A stretch of 64,000 nt of DNA. Origin: Eledone cirrhosa (taxonomy: Eukaryota). Positions within the stretch are counted from its first letter, which is position 1. Each line of letters begins with the position of its first letter. Below the pieces are notes generated by a model, which worked only from the letters and a program-made list of their open reading frames with translations, was not told the origin of the DNA and made no database searches. The stretch is from positions 305,846,001 through 305,910,000 of the forward strand of contig OZ024740.1 of the NCBI GenBank assembly GCA_964016885.1. The letters are read 5' to 3'. A program made the translations under genes and the position numbers. Shown here in pieces: positions 57,516-64,000 of this stretch.

Positions 57516-60330
57516 CTATAGTCTGATGTAGAGTGAAGGCCCATTCACACGGGCCATTCTCGCCACTTTCACCCATCTTTCATAGAAACGGCTGGGGTGC
57601 AGCACCTCTCTCTCCATCCTGATCCTTCTTCCGAAATGATATCGGAAGAAACGGACCAGTTGTTGGCCAGAGAGAAAGGTGTCTGACCTCAGTCCTTTCA
57701 GACGCGTCCACCATACAACCTCTTTCGCCATGGCTATTACGCACAGAAACACCGCTTCTCCTTCGTTTTTGAAGAGGGGAGGCGGCTTGATCGTTACAAT
57801 AGACTCGGTGGTCAACCGGATCGGTCCCACCCTTGACAGCAGTCGTTCGACATAGCCCCACAGATCGGCAATGCCCGAGCAGTGTACCAATGCGTGTGCA
57901 ACGGTTTCCTCGTCGCACACGCACCTGGGACAGACCTTTTTCGAAGGGTCCCTACCCGGGCGCCCGTGTCTGTAGAGCCTTTCTCGAACGGGCAGAGCCC
58001 CTCGGTAGCACTGCCAGGCCAGGGACCTCTGGAAGTTTCCATGAGTCCTGGGCTGAATGTCCTACCGAACAGGTTGGCCAGTTCGTCTTCCTCCATTCCT
58101 AGGGCTTCTACGAGGGCGTCGTCGCACCTGCTAACCACCAGCCCTCTATAGAATGACGAGGTGGATTCTCCACTGACAGCCGGGTCCGCCTGCCAGAGAG
58201 CCGTGAGCGCCTGGGCACACTCGGTGTGCCAGGCGCCCAGTTTTCTCGGTCTTTGCTTGACCCAGGATTGCAGCTCGGTGAGCGAGACGAGTCTGCGAAA
58301 GGCTCGCCTCACAAACGGGGCCCACACCGGTTGACCGGTGAGGAATACCTGGAGGTACCGTAGCCTTAATGCGTGTTTACGTATCATTAGCCACGGCATC
58401 CCCAGCCCTCCTTTCGAAGGGTGTTGACAGCAGATGGATCTCCTCACCATAGGAGCTCGCTTCTTCCAAAGGAATTGGAAGAGTGCGCGCTCCATTTTGG
58501 TGAGCGTTTCTCTTGGGCAAGGCACAACGGTCAGGCGGTAGTAGATGACGGACGCTATATAAGTGTTCGCCACCTTCGCCCGACCTTTCAGGGACAGTTT
58601 GCACTCGGCTCACTTCTGGGTCAGTGCAAACACCCTGTTCGTTACCTCACCCCAGATCTTCTCCACCTGGAGGTCTGGTCCGAACCAGACCCCGAGCAAC
58701 TTCACCGGGCCCTCCGTCCAGCGCCCGACGACGCCATCGGAGGGCATCGATCTGCCCATCCACGTGCCGAGTTGCAGACCGATCGACTTGTCCCGGTTCA
58801 GCTTAGCCCCTGTAAACCTTTCGTACTCCTCCAGTAAGGTGCCGATCGCCCTGATTTCCGAGGCTGTCGACACCATTACTGTTACGTCATCGGCGTAGGC
58901 TGACACCGCTTTCCGCAATCCCGGTTCCGACGGGATGCCCTGCAACAACTCCAATTTCCGCAGCAGTGGCTCTAGAGTCACTACATACAGAAGGGAGGAG
59001 AGAGGACACCCTTGTCCGATGGACCGCGCGATTTCGAACGGCTCCGAGAAGTAGCCGTTCACCTTGACCCTAGAGCAGATGCGGCTGCTGTGCATGGCAT
59101 TGATCCAGCCCCTGAAAACGGGTCCGAAGCCTGCCGCCGCTAGCACCGCATCCAGGCAACCATGGTCGACCCTATCGAACGCCTTAGATTGATCCAAGTT
59201 GATCAGGGCCCCACCAAAGCCGGGTTCGTTCCCAACCCTCTCTATGATGTATCGCATGAGGTGGAGGTTGTCGTGGATGGACCTGGACGGGATAGCACAT
59301 GTCTGCGCATCTCCCACCAGGTTGCCCACGACAAGCGCCAACCTTTTTGCTAGCACCTTGGCCAAAATCTGTAACTCTGTATTTAGCAGAGTTATGGGCC
59401 TGAAATTATTTATATCGTCCCCCTTGTTCTCGTCCTTCCTCACTAGCGTGACTACGCCCTTGGTCACAGCACAGGGAATTCTCCCGTTCTGTTGCCAGTT
59501 GCAGTAGACCGCCTCGAGGAGATCGGGGAACAAGTCCGGCATAGCTAGATATAGTTCGTATGGAAGACCATCGAGACCCGGGGATTTGCGTTTGCCGCAT
59601 TGGCTCAGCATGTCCTCTATCTCAGCGGCTGAAATCGGCTCCTCGCAGGACTTCGCCTCCCTGTCTGAGAGACGCGGCAGGCGGTCGAGGTATGGACCGA
59701 AGTCCACTTCCCCAACCGGCTCCCCGCCCCTTCCGAACAATCTGGCAAAGTGCTTTTGAAAAGCCTCGCACATCTGCTTAGGTTCAAGGATCACCCGTCC
59801 ATCCTGGTCTCGCAAAGACCGGATAAGGGATCTACTCCCTCTTTTGGCTTCTGTCACGCGGGCCCAGCTAACAGCTTTGGTCCCCTCGTTTCCCAGAGCA
59901 CGTATTTTGCTTCGGACGATGCAGCCTTCGTGTTTTGTGTCGAAGAACTGGCCCAGGGCCGTTCTCGACGCTAGCACTCTGGCCACGTCACCGCTTCTAA
60001 TTGCCTCTTCTACACTATCTACCTACTCCCTTTCCTTCCTATTTCTATTTGAGGCTAACTCCTTACTAAATTCTATAGAGACTACTCTAATCTCTCTTTT
60101 GAGAGATCCCCACCACCTGCTGTTGACGATGGCGCCCGTCAACCGCTCCTTAACTAAAGTGCTAATCCGGTCCCTGTAAGCCTTACTTGCCGGTAAGGAC
60201 AAGTTGAGCTTCCAGTAACCAGGTTCCTGTCTATGCGTTCTGTCAAGGTTGACCATGCAGGTCACTAACTTGTGGTCTGAATAGCCAACCATGCGCATTT
60301 TTGGACAACTTAAAAGTCCTTATCCTTATT
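57516..60330 (-). pseudogene. LINE ORF2 (EN C-terminus, RT, zinc finger) with several disruptions
   Basis: ORF pieces 60023-60298, 58610-59986, 57812-58573 and 57516-57920 are colinear parts of one ORF2. Confidence 0.93.
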
Positions 60331-60333
60331 TCT

Positions 60334-60462
60334 ATATACAGATAGATATGCAGTTAGGTATACAGATAGATATACAGATAGATATATAGATAGATATACA
60401 GATAGGTATACAGATAGATATACAGATAGATATACAGATAGGTATACAGATAGATATACAGA
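60334..60462. repeat. 12-bp satellite inside the LINE
   Basis: Same unit as the flanks; it sits where the ORF1 end and most of the endonuclease should be. Confidence 0.9.
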
Positions 60463-61030
60463 TCACTTGGTGATGATGTGGTGGCCTCGTCCGTTGTGGT
60501 GTCTGTGTTATTTGGAAGGGGTATGTTTTGGGGATCTGTTGTGTTTGTGGGTGTTTTTGCAATGGTTTTAGGTGGAGTGGGGTTGGGTGGGACTGTGCTT
60601 GCAGTTTGGTTTGTTGTTCTTGTTTTGGTTGTGTTTGCGTGTTGTTGTTGTTGTGGTGGTGGTGGTTGTGTTGTTGTTTTGGGTGTTGGCAGTAGTGCCT
60701 CTTTTTTTTTTTTAGTTAACTGAGGACAGTAAGCCTTCAGGTGACCACTGCTTAAACAGTGGTAACATGAAGGCCGCCTACCCTCAACAGAAATGTTTAT
60801 GTGTGAAATTCCATCCAGAGGTACACGTTGGGGTATTTTAGCTATCCGTTCTGGCCTCATTTGGACCAGAACTTCCATGCTTGTACCATTGAATGTGCCT
60901 CTGGGGGACTTTCCCACCGAAATGATGGTGTCTTCGTCGAAATCGATGAGGCCAGTTAGAATCCACCAGACGTTTACATTTGGTGCAATGTTCAACATTT
61001 TTATTTTTTCAGTTCTTTTTCCCATATATG
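60463..61030 (-). pseudogene. LINE ORF1 (gag-like) fragment with zinc knuckle
   Basis: EGRRPSCYHCLSSGHLKAYCP (CX2CX4HX4C) followed by a Pro/Thr-rich tail. Confidence 0.88.
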
Positions 61031-61572
61031 TGGATATACAGCTAGATATACAGATAGATATACAGATAGGTATAAAGATAGATATACAGATGGATATACA
61101 GATAGATATACAGATAGGTATAAAGATAGATATACAGATAGATATACAGATGGATATACAGCTAGATATACAGATATATATACAGATAGCTATACAGATA
61201 GATATACAGATAGATATACAGATATATATACAGATAGATATACAGATAGATATGCAGTTAGGTATACAGATAGATATACAGATATATATACAGATAGATA
61301 TACAGATAGATATACAGTTAGGTATACAGATAGATATACAGATAGATATACAGATAGATATACAGATAGGTATACAGATAGATATACAGATGGATATACA
61401 GATAGATATACAGATAGATATACAGATAGATATACAGATAGATATACAGATAGATATACAGTTAGGTATACAGATAGATATACAGATAGATATACAGATA
61501 GATATACAGATAGATATACAGATATATATACAGATAGATATACAGATAGATATACAGATAGATATACAGATG
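61031..61572. repeat. 12-bp satellite (ATACAGATAGAT)n, ~45 copies
   Basis: Directly visible; it produces the IQID-repeat pseudo-ORF. Confidence 0.95.
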
Positions 61573-61835
61573 GTTAGAAGTGTTATAGAATCACAAAACA
61601 TGAATGAATAATACATATCTATATAAAAAGTGGAGAATGATAAGAAAGTAAGAAACATATGTGTATGCATATACATATACCTATATACATACATACGTAC
61701 GTACACATACACATACACATATATGTTATGCATACACCTATATATATATACATATGTGAATGTACATATATATGTATATGCATGTGCATATACCTATATA
61801 CATACTTACGTACTCACACACATACACACACACGC

Positions 61836-61991
<156 letters not shown>

Positions 61992-62250
61992 TGCTATAAT
62001 TGAGGAGAGTCATGTTGCCAATATTGCCAATAGAAAGAAACACACGTTCCATCTAATTTTCACTGTCTCTTTATTATTTATTATTCATTTGTCTATCAAA
62101 TTTCTTTCGTCCCACATTCTGTGACCTCCTCAATGATTATCTGTTTTGTGCCTCCTCATTTTCCTGGCCTTAAATATAACACACGATTTCACATCAAGAA
62201 TCTTGCAGAACAAGTATATATATATATAATTTGTTGTATATCGTTTAAAT

Positions 62251-62319
<69 letters not shown>

Positions 62320-62441
62320 ATATTACTAAATGGAAACTATATTTATAAAACCATAATTATTTTATTATATATATTTCAAGGGCGACCAGTTATAAAAAGG
62401 TTTAAGCTTGTTGAATCCCAACAAATTAAATATAACCTCTG

Positions 62442-62477
<36 letters not shown>

Positions 62478-62807
62478 TAAATTTAGTCCTTCATCAGTGA
62501 TCTTCCAACCTTCATTGGTATTTCATCGTTTTAAAGACCATATACCTCCGGTTGGTGCGAGCAACGGTTAAAGAAAGTCGTTGGGACACGTAAATAAGGG
62601 GAACGAGCGAGACAGTAAACAATCAAAGATGGTAATGCAACGAAAAGTGAGGAAGAAGGAGTCAAGTCCCTGAAATCGATGAACATAAGTTCTGTGAAAT
62701 CGTGGACGAGAGAGAATAAAGACCATCAAACCTGGTCGAAATGTGAGTAAGGAAAGAATTTCGCACAGGTCAAATGGGAGGAAGGAGTCAAGTCCCTATA
62801 TATATAT

Positions 62808-62950
62808 AACGAAGGAAATGTGGTAAGGAACCAGGTGGACTATAACGCACCAAAGTACTCAATACTTAGGGTAGTAGAGTGGGTAATAGGAATTAGTCCA
62901 GAATTAGCCATCGAAACGGCTTGAGCTCAGCCGTCGGGGTCCTACTCGTT

Positions 62951-62953
<3 letters not shown>
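62808..62953. mobile_element. Family HH-H fragment with internal inversion
   Basis: Reverse-complement tail joined to a forward half hammerhead GAAACGGCTTGAGCTCAGCCGTC. Confidence 0.75.
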
Positions 62954-63010
<57 letters not shown>

Positions 63011-63038
63011 CGTGTGTGATGAAAGAACTTTGATAGAC

Positions 63039-63069
<31 letters not shown>

Positions 63070-63306
63070 TTTTAATCGTTGGTCAATGATAAACATTGAT
63101 TGCCAGCTAGATTAACTATAGGGATATAAAATATACAGAAGCGAAAACCAATCCAAACCAAACACTGAGCGTGTTTTATTATTTCTGGCAATATTATAAC
63201 AATATAACCCTCCCCAAATATAACACTCGTTCTCTCTCTATATATATATATCGGCTCTCTCATTTCTAGCTCAACCATTATGTACATGTATATCTGTGTG
63301 TGTGTG

Positions 63307-63405
<99 letters not shown>

Positions 63406-63638
63406 AGGGGGGTGGGGGTGATGGTGTCGTGTAAAGTACTTATTAAACATTAACTACTTCAGCGTCTTTACCTTTCACTCCTTTAAATACAGACACGACA
63501 GTGATGAGGATAAACACTTGACCACTGGTGTCAAACTGTGACCCCCTTATCAGAAGGACATTGGGGTACCCACTGACATCTTGCCGATTAGAACAGTAAT
63601 CTATCTCTCTATCTCTCTCACCTTCTCTCATCAGTCCC

Positions 63639-63730
<92 letters not shown>

Positions 63731-63749
63731 ATATATATATATATATACG

Positions 63750-63890
63750 ATATTAATAAATGGAAACTATATTTATAAAACCATATTTATTTCATTATAT
63801 ATATTTGAAGGATACCAAGTTACATTATGGTATGCCTTCATCAGACAAAATACAATATATAACAGTTTTATAAATAGACATTGACGTACC
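63750..63890 (-). mobile_element. Family HH-B1 end with a decayed hammerhead (63788-63852)
   Basis: Reverse complement of 4495-4635; GAAA is mutated to CAAA. Confidence 0.7.
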
Positions 63891-64000
63891 CCTTTTAAAA
63901 AATTGACCGTTGTTTTTGGAGGCCATCAGGATAGTGATTTGTTTACTTTAGTAAGTCATAGTGTTAAGAGTAAGTAAAAAGATGGAGAGAGAGAGAGAAA

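Larger units (their letters stand above)
57246..61030 (-). mobile_element. Tx1/L1-clade non-LTR retrotransposon, frameshifted and internally interrupted
   Basis: ORF1 with CCHC knuckle, APE C-terminus (SDH...GYWKLN), RT (SPGLDG, FRPITLLN, DQSKAFDRVDH, QGCPLS, YADD), C-terminal Cys/His finger (EETVAHALVHC) and AATAAA at the 3' end. Confidence 0.95.

Noticed and set aside
57833-60179. Plus-strand ORFs overlapping the LINE
   Set aside because: They are antisense shadows of GC-rich ORF2 with no motifs.
60354-61733. 459-aa ORF and the antisense IQID-repeat ORF (60793-61611) as real repeat proteins
   Set aside because: The 12-bp satellite is open in frame by arithmetic. Only 60463-61030 is genuine (LINE ORF1).

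Overview
AT-rich, microsatellite-saturated animal genomic DNA. The SINE family and the (TA)n/(CA)n load suggest an octopus or other coleoid cephalopod; this is an inference, not a database result. No host protein-coding gene can be called confidently, and almost all ORFs in the track are translations of microsatellites. Recognisable content: (i) about 18 copies of one tRNA-derived SINE plus 3 copies of a second; (ii) a head-to-tail array of three different non-autonomous Helitron-like elements (5622-8316); (iii) a decayed Penelope-like element with RT, GIY-YIG and a hammerhead, carrying an inverted 5' duplication (37560-39715); (iv) a frameshifted Tx1/L1-type LINE embedded in a 12-bp satellite (57246-61030); (v) CR1-like and RTE-like LINE remnants, Tc1/mariner MITEs and several satellites. 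The main signal is that many of the short unique islands between (TA)n tracts are ends of Penelope-like elements carrying type I hammerhead ribozyme motifs. By eye I count about 20 complete or near-complete motifs from roughly 10 unrelated sequence families. Many sit as divergent pairs in long fold-back hairpins, and one family has a compensatory U3-A8 catalytic core. All folds were read by eye and ribozyme activity is untested.
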